Source: Phycisphaerae bacterium (lineage in GTDB: Bacteria; Planctomycetota; Phycisphaerae; Sedimentisphaerales; UBA12454). From it: a stretch of 64,000 nucleotides of DNA. Numbering within the stretch: position 1 is the first letter of the stretch; the number at the start of each line of letters is the position of its first letter. The notes under the pieces are model-generated. The model saw nothing but the letters and a program-made list of their open reading frames with translations. It made no database searches and was not told where the DNA came from. The position numbers and the translations under genes were made by a program. The stretch covers positions 46,022 to 110,021 of the forward strand of contig JBAZHC010000008.1 in assembly GCA_041652575.1 (NCBI GenBank), read 5' to 3'. Of the stretch, positions 47,681 through 57,940 are shown one piece after another.

Positions 47681-48435
47681 CAGCCGCTCCTGTCTGACGT
47701 ATCGTCAAATTCATCGCCTTTAAACGTATGACCGAGATAGCTCTTGCGGACAAGTTCGTTTTTGACTATCTCCGCGGGACTGCCCTCGGCAATAACCCTG
47801 CCGTGGTCGATTATGTACGCCTTGTCGGAAACCTCAAGTGTCCGTTCGACATTATGGTCTGTTATAAGGATACTTACTCCCGACGCGACCAGCCTGTGAA
47901 TTTCACCCTGCAATTCTTCGACGGCTATCGGGTCAACGCCGCTGAATGGCTCATCGAGAAGAATCAAAGACGGATTTGTAATCATCGCTCTGGCAATCTC
48001 AAGTTTTCTTCGTTCGCCGCCGGAAAGAAGCCTTGCGTGACTGTTGGCGACTTCCTCAAGCGCGAAACGCTGGATAAGTTCCTCGGCTCTGCGCTTCCGC
48101 TCTATAGCTGTCAGCGACATCGTTTCGAGTATCGCCAGCAGATTATCGCGAACACTGAGCCGCTGAAAAACGCTCGGCTCCTGTGAAAGATAGCCCATGC
48201 CCATACGGGCGCGTTTATACATCGGCAGAGTGGTAATATCCGAACCTTCAAAAACTACCGTTCCGCCTTCAGGCGTAATCATACCCATAACCATTCGGAA
48301 CGAGGTTGTCTTTCCGGCTCCATTTCTGCCGAGCAGGCCGACGATACTTCGCTGCTCAACGGTAATGGATACCTGGTTGACAACGGTTCTGCCGGAATAC
48401 TTCTTTACCAGACCATGTGTTTCGAGAAGAATCAT
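47680..48435 (-). CDS. lptB: LPS export ABC transporter ATP-binding protein
   Basis: GLLGRNGAGKTT, GYLSQEPSVF, LSGGERRKLEIAR, LLDEPFSGVDP, ITDHNV. Confidence 0.95.
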   Translation of the reverse strand: MILLETHGLVKKYSGRTVVNQVSITVEQRSIVGLLGRNGAGKTTSFRMVMGMITPEGGTVVFEGSDITTLPMYKRARMGMGYLSQEPSVFQRLSVRDNLLAILETMSLTAIERKRRAEELIQRFALEEVANSHARLLSGGERRKLEIARAMITNPSLILLDEPFSGVDPIAVEELQGEIHRLVASGVSILITDHNVERTLEVSDKAYIIDHGRVIAEGSPAEIVKNELVRKSYLGHTFKGDEFDDTSDRSG

Positions 48436-48515
48436 ATCTACCAAATTTTGCCTCCATATTTTTCAGCCGTCTATTATAACAGGCTTATCGAAGTCTGAAA
48501 ACCTTCTTTTAAGGA

Positions 48516-49439
48516 TTATTGCCGGTCTGAATCCATACATTTAAGGGTCAATAAATTCACCTCCGGCCTGCAAAAAAACCGTACCATAACCCTGCCGGAC
48601 GTCCCTACGCCGGCGGAGGTAAATCCCGTCATATTTTTATACTGCCATCGGCCTTTTGCAAGGCTCTGGGGCACTTTTGCGCCTTTTATCAGGGCTTTCC
48701 CTCCCGGCAAACACACCTGACCGCCGTGAGTATGGCCGCTGATATAGAGATTGTAACCCAGTCTCTGGGCCTGCTTGTAGAGCTGCGGGCTGTGCGACAG
48801 CATAATTTTAAATTGTTCGGCAGGTATGCCCGCCGAAGCCTGCTGCATATCGGCCGCGTCGAAGACATAACAATCATCTACGCCTGCAAGGTAAATTTTA
48901 TCTCCGCCGCGATCGAGAACGGTATTCTCGTTCAAAAGCACACAAACACCGAGACTTTGGAGAAATTGAGCCATTTCATAGTGGTCATGATTGCCGAGGA
49001 CGCCGAATATTTTGTCTGTTTTGATATTACTGATAATTCTTTTCATCTCTGTTTTTGTCTTCTCGATGTCGTATCTCTCATAAAGACTGTAATCTCCGCC
49101 GAGAATGCAATAATCGCATTCGATATCTTTTATATAATCGATTATCTTATCGACAAGTCCGTCAAAACATTCGATATGTACATCGGATATCAGCAGGATA
49201 CGGCAATTATCTAACCCCTTCGGCAGATTCTGCAATTCAATAACTTCATTGGTCATAGCAAGGGCTTTTGCGTTAACAAGGCCCCGCTGCCCAAGACCGG
49301 TTGCTTTCAGAAGCAGATGTATCAGGGGCGACCACGTGCGGACCTGTCTGAGCCTTCTGAAAAAGCCGTGTTTTGAATACCTTCCCTCCTTTTTTCTGTA
49401 TTCTTCAACAAAATTTCTATTGGGATGTATTTTTTTCAT
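48516..49439 (-). CDS. Metallophosphoesterase (YkuE/YaeI-like)
   Basis: ISDVH, GGDY, GNHD, SHSP, SGHTHGGQ. Confidence 0.9.
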   Translation of the reverse strand: MKKIHPNRNFVEEYRKKEGRYSKHGFFRRLRQVRTWSPLIHLLLKATGLGQRGLVNAKALAMTNEVIELQNLPKGLDNCRILLISDVHIECFDGLVDKIIDYIKDIECDYCILGGDYSLYERYDIEKTKTEMKRIISNIKTDKIFGVLGNHDHYEMAQFLQSLGVCVLLNENTVLDRGGDKIYLAGVDDCYVFDAADMQQASAGIPAEQFKIMLSHSPQLYKQAQRLGYNLYISGHTHGGQVCLPGGKALIKGAKVPQSLAKGRWQYKNMTGFTSAGVGTSGRVMVRFFCRPEVNLLTLKCMDSDRQ

Positions 49440-49564
49440 ACTGGTCGGTTCGCAAAAATCCGTAAAAACAACGTTGACTATTTGCTTGTCTTATATTTAA
49501 ATAATAACCTTAAAGTATCGAATAGTCCAGATGAAAGGTTTTTGCTTTTAAAGGAAAAGAAACC

Positions 49565-50497
49565 ATGAGTAGAACTGTATTATTTTTACTTGTACTCGCC
49601 GCCATATTATTCACCGTTGAAACCGCCCGCTCTCAGGAGCCGGTTGTTCCATCGCAGCCTCAGCAGCCGCAGGGAATCGCTGTGCCGCAGGACCCGAATT
49701 ATGTGGTTATGGTTCTCGACGGCAATGAACTGACTATCGGCAAGGCAAAGTTTTTCACGCCTGATTTTGATTACGCTACACTGGAAAATGTTGCCGATTT
49801 CTGGCTTAATACCCAGCTTCTTTACGAAGAAGCCGTAAAAAGAGGTATCGATAAAGACCCCAAAGCCAAATTTCTTGCCGATATCAGCTATAAAAAAGTA
49901 ATTGCCGGCGAACTGATTGAAAAAAGCAGAAGTACGGTAAAAATCAGCGATGAACAGGTAAAAAAATATTACGAAGATAACAAGGAAACAGACCCCGGTT
50001 TCAGGGAGCCAAACTATTTGAGTTTCTCACATATAACAGTTGAAACTCTCGAACAGGCTCAGGAGGCGCTTAAAAGAATAAACAGCGGCGAAGAAATCAA
50101 CGAACTCGCAAAGTCATTATCTGTCGCCGGAGACGCTAAAAAAGGCGGCCGACTTACTAAATCTACCGAACTGAACATTCAAACCCACTTTGGACAGGAA
50201 TTGCTCGACGCACTGCTTAAAGCTTCCGAAGGAGATATCGTAGGGCCGGTAAAAGGCAAAAATGGAAAATATGAAATCGCCAGGCACGAAGGGAAAAGAG
50301 CATCGCGTATAATGGAATTTGACAAGGTTAAGGATCGGATAAAGGCAAAGCTCGAAGGTCAGGCCAAAAACAAAGCCGTTGAAGACCTGATACAAAGCCT
50401 GAAGGAAAAAGCCAAACAGAGATACAAAAAGATGGGCATCTTAAGCGAAAAAGATAATGCAGAAAATGTGAATGAAAAATCTGAAAAGAAAAAATAA
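49565..50497 (+). CDS. Parvulin/PpiC-type peptidyl-prolyl isomerase-like chaperone (PrsA/SurA-like), secreted
   Basis: Signal peptide; SHITVET...ELAKSLS...KGGRL...GDIVGPV parvulin-like region flanked by helical domains. Confidence 0.8.
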   Translation: MSRTVLFLLVLAAILFTVETARSQEPVVPSQPQQPQGIAVPQDPNYVVMVLDGNELTIGKAKFFTPDFDYATLENVADFWLNTQLLYEEAVKRGIDKDPKAKFLADISYKKVIAGELIEKSRSTVKISDEQVKKYYEDNKETDPGFREPNYLSFSHITVETLEQAQEALKRINSGEEINELAKSLSVAGDAKKGGRLTKSTELNIQTHFGQELLDALLKASEGDIVGPVKGKNGKYEIARHEGKRASRIMEFDKVKDRIKAKLEGQAKNKAVEDLIQSLKEKAKQRYKKMGILSEKDNAENVNEKSEKKK

Positions 50498-50598
50498 TTA
50501 ATTATTGACAGCTTTTTTTAAAAGCGTTAACATAACTATAGGTAATTAAAAGGTTGCTTTAAAGACAAAACTTTTTGTCATCCACAAAGCAACCTTTT

Positions 50599-51975
50599 TC
50601 ATTTTCTAAAAAACCCCGGAAGGAAACGCACACTCTCTTTGATTCTTCGCAGCCATATTTTCAAATGCGCGGCAGCTTTAATAATCGTCAGCCCTGAAAT
50701 GGCATTGGCTCCTGTATCTAATGCCGCCAGTACATCGAAAACTTTTTCCGGTTTTCCCATATCGAGATAAACCAGCAATACGCCTTTGACAAGCTCCCAA
50801 TTCGATGGAGCCAGTTCAAGTACATAATCGAGGAATTGTATGGCGTCATCCTGTTCGCCGCGCATAGTGAGCGATTTGGCCAGATGGAGATAATTTAACG
50901 CGTTTGTCGGTTCAAGTTCTGAAACTCTTAGAAAACAATGAGTCGCATAGTCGGTCTGACCCAGTTCCATCATAATTACGCCTATCGCATCGAGAATCTC
51001 CGGCTGGCTGATATCAAGCTCAAGCTCGGCGGCAAGCAGTGAAAACGCCTCATCCCTCTCCGACTGCGCAAGTGCAAGCTGCGCAAGCCGAAATCTCGGA
51101 CCGGCCGTATTTCTGTCAATCCTTATTGCCTGAAGATATAGTTTCGCCGCTTCTTTTATTCTGCCGGCATTCAGCTCTATCTCGCCGAGATAAAATAATG
51201 CCTGCGCCGATTCCGGCTCTACTTCCAGTATCCTGCGGAACTTCTCAGCGGCAGAAACAATATCGCCGCAGTGAAGAAGAAACAAACCGAAATCAAATAT
51301 AACCTCTTTGTCGCCGGGATTTTTCCTGAGTTCCGCGATAAAATGCTGCCACGCCATATCCTTATCGCCGAGATTCCAGTACCCCTGCGCAATGTGATAA
51401 TTAATTTGCGGATGGTTCGGCTCGAGAGAAGCGGTCTTTTCCCAGCACCACACGGCCTTTTTAAAATTGCCCTGAATGAAAAATGAATTGCCTATATTAT
51501 AAAAACAAAGCGGACAGGCGTCGTTTATCTGTTGAGCAAGGTAAAACATATGCTCGGCCATCTCGTAATTGCTCATCTCGGTATAAGTGATTATCCTGTT
51601 GCAGTAGCCCGGTTCGAAATCGGGGTCGATTTTTTCAATCTGTTCAAATAGATTCAGCGCCAAATCGTACTGACCTGTGCGGGTATAATCGATCGCAAGA
51701 CAGTTCAGCGTTTCAATATCATCAGGATTCATATTTAACGCCAACTTGTATTCTTCTATCGCGTAGTCAAACCTCTCCATCGCATCGAGCGTAAGAGCCT
51801 TATTGAAATGCCATCTGTCATTGGCCGGGTTGATATCGATTGCCTCGTTCATCGCCGAAAGGGCCTCGTTCATTCGGCCTTCTTCGTAAAGCTCATAGGC
51901 CTTTATGGCCTTTTGCTCAGCCTGGTCCCATGAGTTGAACTGGTCGAACTGTTCAAACCCGCTGTCAGAATTCAT
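50599..51975 (-). CDS. Tetratricopeptide repeat protein
   Basis: Many ~34-aa repeats (e.g. A..INP.N...WHFNKAL, LNMNPDD.ETLNCLA, LEPNH...YHIA). Confidence 0.9.
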   Translation of the reverse strand: MNSDSGFEQFDQFNSWDQAEQKAIKAYELYEEGRMNEALSAMNEAIDINPANDRWHFNKALTLDAMERFDYAIEEYKLALNMNPDDIETLNCLAIDYTRTGQYDLALNLFEQIEKIDPDFEPGYCNRIITYTEMSNYEMAEHMFYLAQQINDACPLCFYNIGNSFFIQGNFKKAVWCWEKTASLEPNHPQINYHIAQGYWNLGDKDMAWQHFIAELRKNPGDKEVIFDFGLFLLHCGDIVSAAEKFRRILEVEPESAQALFYLGEIELNAGRIKEAAKLYLQAIRIDRNTAGPRFRLAQLALAQSERDEAFSLLAAELELDISQPEILDAIGVIMMELGQTDYATHCFLRVSELEPTNALNYLHLAKSLTMRGEQDDAIQFLDYVLELAPSNWELVKGVLLVYLDMGKPEKVFDVLAALDTGANAISGLTIIKAAAHLKIWLRRIKESVRFLPGFFRK

Positions 51976-52235
51976 ATAATCTCCCTATAAATCTATAGTT
52001 ATCCGCAATTCAAATCGGCACAAATAACCGGTCTGCTTAGTCCGAAAAATGCCTCTTTCGAAAATTTACAAAAAACAGGTAATTTATGTGGAAATTAACC
52101 CCCTAAGTCTTTAAAATATGGCAGGTTAGCGGAAAAATCTCAATCTATGCTTATCTGCCTGCGTCATTGGCCGCTGCCTTTTTCTGGAAAATACTTGTTT
52201 TTGGTCTTATAATGCTTGTGGAATTTTCAGGTTTA

Positions 52236-52250
52236 TCCGCCGATGGCGGA
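52236..52250. repeat. Mini-hairpin TCCGCC-GAT-GGCGGA (REP-like)
   Basis: Perfect 6-bp GC stem with 3-nt loop upstream of the ribH RBS; related sequences at 30387, 38140 and 57941. Confidence 0.5.
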
Positions 52251-52273
52251 ATTACAATAAGGAGTAATCGATT

Positions 52274-52738
52274 ATGATAAAACAGATACAGGGAAAACTT
52301 ACTGCCGAAAAGGCGAAATTCGCGATAGTTGTAAGCCGCTTCAACGAGTTTATCACTTCCAAACTTCTCGCGGGCGCCATCGATGCCCTGCAGAGGCACG
52401 GCGCTGAAGACGAGCAGATTACAGTTGTCTGGGTTCCCGGCTCTATAGAAATCACACCAGCTGCCAAGAAGCTCGCTGCCGGCGGAAAATTCGATGCCGT
52501 TATTTGCATCGGCGCAATTATCCGAGGCCAGACGAATCACTACGAATATGTCGGCCAGCAGGTAAGCCGCGGCGTCAGTCAGATTAACTACGACACCGGG
52601 ATACCGACTATTTTCGGTGTCCTGACCTGTGACACAATAGAGCAGGCGATAGAACGGGCCGGCACCAAGGCCGGCAACGCCGGCGCAACTGCCGCTGTCA
52701 GCGCGATGGAAATGGTAAACGTGCTCTGTCAAATATAA
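52274..52738 (+). CDS. ribH: 6,7-dimethyl-8-ribityllumazine synthase
   Basis: [49 protein letters not shown]. Confidence 0.96.
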   Translation: MIKQIQGKLTAEKAKFAIVVSRFNEFITSKLLAGAIDALQRHGAEDEQITVVWVPGSIEITPAAKKLAAGGKFDAVICIGAIIRGQTNHYEYVGQQVSRGVSQINYDTGIPTIFGVLTCDTIEQAIERAGTKAGNAGATAAVSAMEMVNVLCQI

Positions 52739-52756
52739 ACAGAAATAAGAATACTT

Positions 52757-53197
52757 ATGCCTACAACCGATAGAAGAACCAGGGCAAGAGAGCTTGCAAT
52801 GCAGGCTATCTGCCAATTGGACGTTCAGGGCGATGCGGTGCTGAATATGCTCGGCCGTTTCTTTGCCGAAAATACCGATGACCCCGCGACACGGGAACTG
52901 GCTGAGAAATGGGCGAAAGGCGTATGGAAATCCATAACTGAATGCGATAGTCTTATTTCCGTCGCCGCCGTCAAGTGGGAGCTATCGAGATTAAATCAGG
53001 TCGACAGAAGTATTTTGCGGCTTGGGGCATATCAGTTAAAATACTGCCCGGATATACCGGCCAAAGTGGTGATTAACGAGGCGATAGAGCTTGCAAAAAA
53101 GTTCAGCGCCGAAGCGTCACCGGCATTTGTTAATGGTGTTATGGACGCAATCTATAAAAAATTGAAGATGGATTCGGAAAACAAATGCGAAAAATAG
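52757..53197 (+). CDS. nusB: Transcription antitermination factor NusB
   Basis: RTRARELAMQA, WELSRL..VDRSILRL, VVINEAIELAKKFS, FVNGVMD. Confidence 0.95.
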   Translation: MPTTDRRTRARELAMQAICQLDVQGDAVLNMLGRFFAENTDDPATRELAEKWAKGVWKSITECDSLISVAAVKWELSRLNQVDRSILRLGAYQLKYCPDIPAKVVINEAIELAKKFSAEASPAFVNGVMDAIYKKLKMDSENKCEK

Positions 53198-54030
53198 TAA
53201 TGCTCAACCAGAAAGGCGGCGTAGGCAAGACAACTTCTGTTGTCAACATCGCTGCCGCTCTCGCCCAAAGCGGCGCAAAGGTCGCTGTTGCCGACTTTGA
53301 CCCGCAGGCGCATCTTACGATACACCTCGGCGTCGAGCCTGACAGCGTCGAACTCGGCACTTACAGGGTTCTTAGCGGTTCCGCTGATTTTGACCAGGCT
53401 CTTATCAAAGTCCGACCTAACCTGTTTCTGCTCGGATCTAATATCCACCTCGTCGGAGCCGAAAGCGAGCTGGTCAGCGTCGTCGGCAGGGAAATCATCT
53501 TTCGCGAAGCGGTTTCCAAATCGAAGCAGAATTTCGACTATCTGATTATTGACTGCCCTCCTTCGCTAAGCCTTTTGACGCTTAACGCCCTTGCCGCCGC
53601 TGAAGAAGTAATTATTCCTCTCCAGCCGCATTTCCTGGCGCTTCAGGGACTGGGTAAACTCCTGCAAACCGTAACTCTCGTCAGCAGACGGATAAATCCC
53701 TCGTTGCGGGTAAGCGGAATACTCCTGTGTATGTTCGACAGCAGAACGTCCCTGTCGGAAGAAATTAAAAATGATATCGACAAATTTCTCGACAGCGCAA
53801 GAGAGACGGACCTGCCCTGGAACAAGGCACGGATAATCCCTGTTTTCGTACGAAGAAATATTAAGCTGGCAGAGGCTCCCAGTTACGGCAAAACTATCTT
53901 TGAGTATGAACCTGAATGTAACGGCTCAAAAGATTATCAAATGATTGCCGATTATCTTCGCAATGGCGCTGTACCGGCCGCCGAACCGAAGCAGAATACC
54001 GTCGAAATTTCCAGCCAAACGCCTCAATAA
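53185..54030 (+). CDS. ParA/Soj family ATPase
   Basis: NQKGGVGKTT, DFDPQAHLT, IIDCPPSL, IIPLQPHFLALQG, RRNIKLAEAPSYG. Confidence 0.93.
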   Translation: MRKIVMLNQKGGVGKTTSVVNIAAALAQSGAKVAVADFDPQAHLTIHLGVEPDSVELGTYRVLSGSADFDQALIKVRPNLFLLGSNIHLVGAESELVSVVGREIIFREAVSKSKQNFDYLIIDCPPSLSLLTLNALAAAEEVIIPLQPHFLALQGLGKLLQTVTLVSRRINPSLRVSGILLCMFDSRTSLSEEIKNDIDKFLDSARETDLPWNKARIIPVFVRRNIKLAEAPSYGKTIFEYEPECNGSKDYQMIADYLRNGAVPAAEPKQNTVEISSQTPQ

Positions 54031-54050
54031 CGGTTTCGCCACATCCGACT

Positions 54051-54776
54051 ATGAGAACTTTAAGATTTCTTTGTGATACGATAAATCAAAATACTGATGC
54101 GGTCCTCGCTGATACGCAGTTCAGACATCTTACGAAGGTTCTTCGCCTGAAAAACGGCGATTCTGTCGAGCTTTTCGACGGCAAAGGCGCACTCGCTCAG
54201 GCGGTTATTAAAAAAATCGAAAAAAATCACGCCGTACTGACCGTTAAAGATGTCAAAAACTACTCAAAACCTCAGCGAAATAGAATCATAATAGCCTCAA
54301 GCATCGCCAAAGGAGAGCGTTTCGAGCTGCTTGTCGCCAAATGCACGGAATTAGGCGTTGACAGAATCGTGCCGGTTATTTTCGAAAGAACCGTAAAGCA
54401 GGCACTGCAGCATAAACGGCTCGAAACAATCGCTGCCGAATCGACAAAACAGTGCCAGAGATTATTTCTGCCCGTAATCGACGAGCCGATGGATTTTAAG
54501 GAAATAATTAAAAAGTTAAAAACTGAATATCCCAACGCTAAAATTGTCTTTGGTTCTTTAACAGAAGGCGCCGAATCAATTATAAATTTTGATTTTGGCT
54601 CAAATGATTGTTTTGCCTTCATCGGGCCTGAAGGCGGCCTGACCGACGCTGAAGAAAATATGCTTAAGGAAATTAATGCGCAAGCCGTCAAACTTACGGA
54701 TACAATATTAAGAATTGAAACAGCCGCAATCGTATTTGCCGCCTGTTTAACCGCTAAAAGAGATTTTGGAAAATAA
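54051..54776 (+). CDS. rsmE: 16S rRNA m3U1498 methyltransferase
   Basis: HLTKVLRL, ELFDG, KCTELGV, ESTKQC, FIGPEGG, ILRIETAA. Confidence 0.95.
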   Translation: MRTLRFLCDTINQNTDAVLADTQFRHLTKVLRLKNGDSVELFDGKGALAQAVIKKIEKNHAVLTVKDVKNYSKPQRNRIIIASSIAKGERFELLVAKCTELGVDRIVPVIFERTVKQALQHKRLETIAAESTKQCQRLFLPVIDEPMDFKEIIKKLKTEYPNAKIVFGSLTEGAESIINFDFGSNDCFAFIGPEGGLTDAEENMLKEINAQAVKLTDTILRIETAAIVFAACLTAKRDFGK

Positions 54777-56442
54777 TATGACTGAACAAAATAATAAGCT
54801 TCTGCTGACAATCGCTGTTATGGCATTTGCATCTGTTATGTCCTTTTGGGCCCTTTCTGGCGGCCCGCTGGACAACCACGAATGTCTCGTATCGGTAACA
54901 GCAAGGGAAATGCTCGCAAATAACAACTGGATTGTCCCGACATTCAACGATGAAATCCGTCTCCAAAAGACCCCGCTTAACTACTGGCTTGTCGCCTCTG
55001 TCGCGAAAATAACCGGCAGCGTAAATGAGTTCTCCGCCCGCCTGCCAAGTGCCGTATTTGCGATTCTATCCGCCGCGGCCATTTTGTATTTCACTTCGCA
55101 ATGGCTGGCCTTTCCAATCGCGATATTATCGACTGCCCTATGGATATCGACGCTGGGCTTTATCAGGTATTCGCATAACGGCCGGCCTGAAATGACGCTT
55201 TGCGCACTAATTATGATTTCAATGTTAAGTTTTTACTCCGCGATGAAAACACAGTCTCGCCGCCGCCAGGTTTCATATATGCTCGTATTCTGGCTCAGTT
55301 TCTCCCTTGCGATGCTCGCAAAAGGTCCTGCCCCGCTGGCTCTTGTCGTACCGCCGATTTTCTTTTACTTCGCCGTATTTCGGCAGTGGGGCAAATTAAA
55401 ATTCACTCTGCCGATAATTGGTACGATTTTATTCCTGCTCATCGTTCTTCCCTGGCCCATAATCGCCTTTGAAAGAACTACCGGCAGCCTGTCTTTCTGG
55501 AAAAGAGAATTTATCGACCGCTTTCTGGGCGATTACGCCGCGGGCCGCAAACCATTCTGGTACTATCTGCAGGTCGTATTTTTATTTACCGCCCCGTTTT
55601 CCGCTTTCGTGCCTTATATAGTTGCGGCGCCTTTTTATTCCGTCTGGGAGAAAAAAAGGCCTCTCATGTGGTATTTATGGCTTTGGTTTGTCGTACAGAT
55701 TGTGGTAATGAGCATTTCGGGCGGCAAACGTCAGCACTATATTCTCCCTGCTATGCCGGCTTTCAGTATTTTAGCCGCGATTTGCCTGTACGATATGATA
55801 TTCGAACAGACAGCATTTAAGCTTAAGCAGGTTAAATCGCTTTTCATCGGTCATATAATCGTCATCGCCGCGGGCGTAATCGGACTTCTATACTGGGCGC
55901 TTACAAAAGAAAAGGCATTCATTTGGCCTTCGATTCATATTGCGATGATGATTTCCATTATGCTTGGGCTTGTAGTTGTCCTGTTCTTGCAAAAGCATAA
56001 AATCGCGGCGACCGCATTGCTTTTTGCCGGCTACGGCGCAATAGTAATGACGGTTTTCATTTATTTCCTGCTTCCGCTGGACTACAATAATCCATCGAGA
56101 ATTTTCTCTCTCGAAATCGGCAGAACCGTCCCCTCCGATGAAAAACTCATCGCCTACCGCAGTGCCTCCGCTCGTACGATTCATTACGCAGGCAGAACTA
56201 TTCCTGAAATTGCCGATTTCGATGAACTTTATAACAGGTACCTGCAGGGCCAGTGGATTATAGCCACAGGCAAAAGCTATGAGGAATTAGTTAAGGACGG
56301 CAGATTTAATACTGTCTTTTACAGACCCGTTGCAGAGCGTTCCGGCTCAAACGATATCGGGGGAGCGCTTCTTCATAACTCTACCGGGCCTGATGTGATT
56401 AAGGCACAAGAGAACGCAGAAATTCCATCTCCTGCTCGTTAA
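54766..56442 (+). CDS. ArnT-like GT-C glycosyltransferase (GT83/GT39)
   Basis: DNHE...AREM, RLQKTPL.YW, FSARLPSA, LAKGP, PWP, KPFWYY, KRQHYILP. The start may be ATG 54778. Confidence 0.9.
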   Translation: MENNMTEQNNKLLLTIAVMAFASVMSFWALSGGPLDNHECLVSVTAREMLANNNWIVPTFNDEIRLQKTPLNYWLVASVAKITGSVNEFSARLPSAVFAILSAAAILYFTSQWLAFPIAILSTALWISTLGFIRYSHNGRPEMTLCALIMISMLSFYSAMKTQSRRRQVSYMLVFWLSFSLAMLAKGPAPLALVVPPIFFYFAVFRQWGKLKFTLPIIGTILFLLIVLPWPIIAFERTTGSLSFWKREFIDRFLGDYAAGRKPFWYYLQVVFLFTAPFSAFVPYIVAAPFYSVWEKKRPLMWYLWLWFVVQIVVMSISGGKRQHYILPAMPAFSILAAICLYDMIFEQTAFKLKQVKSLFIGHIIVIAAGVIGLLYWALTKEKAFIWPSIHIAMMISIMLGLVVVLFLQKHKIAATALLFAGYGAIVMTVFIYFLLPLDYNNPSRIFSLEIGRTVPSDEKLIAYRSASARTIHYAGRTIPEIADFDELYNRYLQGQWIIATGKSYEELVKDGRFNTVFYRPVAERSGSNDIGGALLHNSTGPDVIKAQENAEIPSPAR

Positions 56443-56950
56443 GCGGCTGTCCTTTTAACTGTTTGATTTTTTCCACAGTCTTGTCGAGATTAAAACCGCC
56501 CGACTTCAGCATCCATACCGCCGCAAGATACGAAACTCTTTTCTTGCCGGTATTGTCGTGCAAAAGTACGGGAATATTGGCTCTTTCGTCCATTATCTCC
56601 AGAAATTTGCCAGATGTTTCCAAATCGGGAATACCGTCATCCGCAACGTCTTTATCTATCGGAAGCTCTATATATGTTACGCCGTGGCTTTTCATCCAGG
56701 CCACTTCTTCATTGTGCCAGTTCTGTTCACGATGTTCGTCCGTCTTGCGTACATTTACGAATGCGGCAATGTGATACTTATATAAAAGACGTGTATAATC
56801 CATACCCCGCGGCTGGCCGCTCGTATAAAGAACTCCCGGCTTTATCACCTGAAAATTCTTTATATAAAAATGTTTTACAAGCACTACCGCCAAAAGGACT
56901 ATTGCCGCTATCCATAACCATCCAATAACAGGATTTTTCTTTTTCGCCAT
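56399..56950 (-). CDS. Membrane-anchored dual-specificity/tyrosine phosphatase-like protein lacking the catalytic Cys
   Basis: NFQVIKPGVLYTSGQP and FVNVR are typical of the family. The P-loop reads VLLHDNTGKKRVS instead of HCxxGxxR. Confidence 0.8.
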   Translation of the reverse strand: MAKKKNPVIGWLWIAAIVLLAVVLVKHFYIKNFQVIKPGVLYTSGQPRGMDYTRLLYKYHIAAFVNVRKTDEHREQNWHNEEVAWMKSHGVTYIELPIDKDVADDGIPDLETSGKFLEIMDERANIPVLLHDNTGKKRVSYLAAVWMLKSGGFNLDKTVEKIKQLKGQPLNEQEMEFLRSLVP

Positions 56951-56962
56951 TTTTTATCTGCC

Positions 56963-57922
56963 TTACTTTCTATAAACATTTCTGACCGCGTAGATTTTTC
57001 GGTCGGTCGCTTCGAAATACACCCTGCTTATCAGTTCGCCCAGGAGGCCGGTTGAAATAAAAATCAAACCCATAAGTAAAAGAACTATCCCTGCCGCGGC
57101 TAACGGTCCGTGAGCATCGAGTATCGGCACATTAAAATAAAGCTTGTCAAAAAGCACATAAGCCAAAATAAGACCGGAAATCACGAGACAGTAAAACGCG
57201 GCCTTGCCGAAGAAATGCAGCGGCCGGGTGATATAACCCAGAAGAAAACGAAGGGTAATCAAATCGAACGCCACTCTGAACGTTCGTGATATGCCGTAAT
57301 TGCTCTTGCCTGCCGGTCTTTCAATGTTCTTAATCGGAATTTCAATAATCCTTGCACCGCTGGAGGAAACAAGGGCAGGAATAAATCGGTGCATCTCGCC
57401 GTAGAGTCTCAGGTCGTCGATTATCTGCCGCCGGTAAGCCTTGAAGGTTGTGCCGAAATCGTGAATATCCACGCCGCTGACCTTTGAGGCCATCCAGTTG
57501 GCGGCCCTGCTCGGAATTTTTCGCATAATAAGATTATCGACCCGTTTTTCCCGCCAGCCGCTTACGACGTCGTAGCCTTGCTCTATCTTCACCAGGAAAT
57601 TCGGTATCTCTTCCGGCAGATGCTGCAGGTCGCCGTCCATACTTATTATCACTTCGCCGCAGGTATGGTCGAACCCTGCCGCCAAAGCGGGCGTCTGCCC
57701 GAAATTTCTCCGCAATTCTACCGCTACTACATGCTCGTCCTTTTCGGCGATGCTCTTCAGCTTTTCCATCGTCGTATCGCTGCTGCCGTCGTCGACAAGC
57801 ACAAGCTCGTAACTTCCGCCCGTTTGTTTCATCACCTTTGTAAGCCGTTCGTAAAGTTCCTGCACTACGGACTGTTCGTTATACAAAGGAACTACTATCG
57901 AATATTTCACACTCTCAGCCAT
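56963..57922 (-). CDS. GT2 polyprenol-phosphate glycosyltransferase (ArnC/DPM-like)
   Basis: IVVPLYNE, VDDGSSD, RNFGQ, MDGDLQH, DFGTTFKAYRR, HRFIPAL, two C-terminal TM helices. Start at MAESV (57922). Confidence 0.92.
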   Translation of the reverse strand: MAESVKYSIVVPLYNEQSVVQELYERLTKVMKQTGGSYELVLVDDGSSDTTMEKLKSIAEKDEHVVAVELRRNFGQTPALAAGFDHTCGEVIISMDGDLQHLPEEIPNFLVKIEQGYDVVSGWREKRVDNLIMRKIPSRAANWMASKVSGVDIHDFGTTFKAYRRQIIDDLRLYGEMHRFIPALVSSSGARIIEIPIKNIERPAGKSNYGISRTFRVAFDLITLRFLLGYITRPLHFFGKAAFYCLVISGLILAYVLFDKLYFNVPILDAHGPLAAAGIVLLLMGLIFISTGLLGELISRVYFEATDRKIYAVRNVYRK

Positions 57923-57940
57923 TTCTATTCCCTTTACATA

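Noticed and set aside
51976-52273. FMN riboswitch upstream of ribH
   Set aside because: No RFN consensus (AGGGCGGGG-GAAA-UCCC-ACCGGCGG) is visible in the 300-bp spacer.
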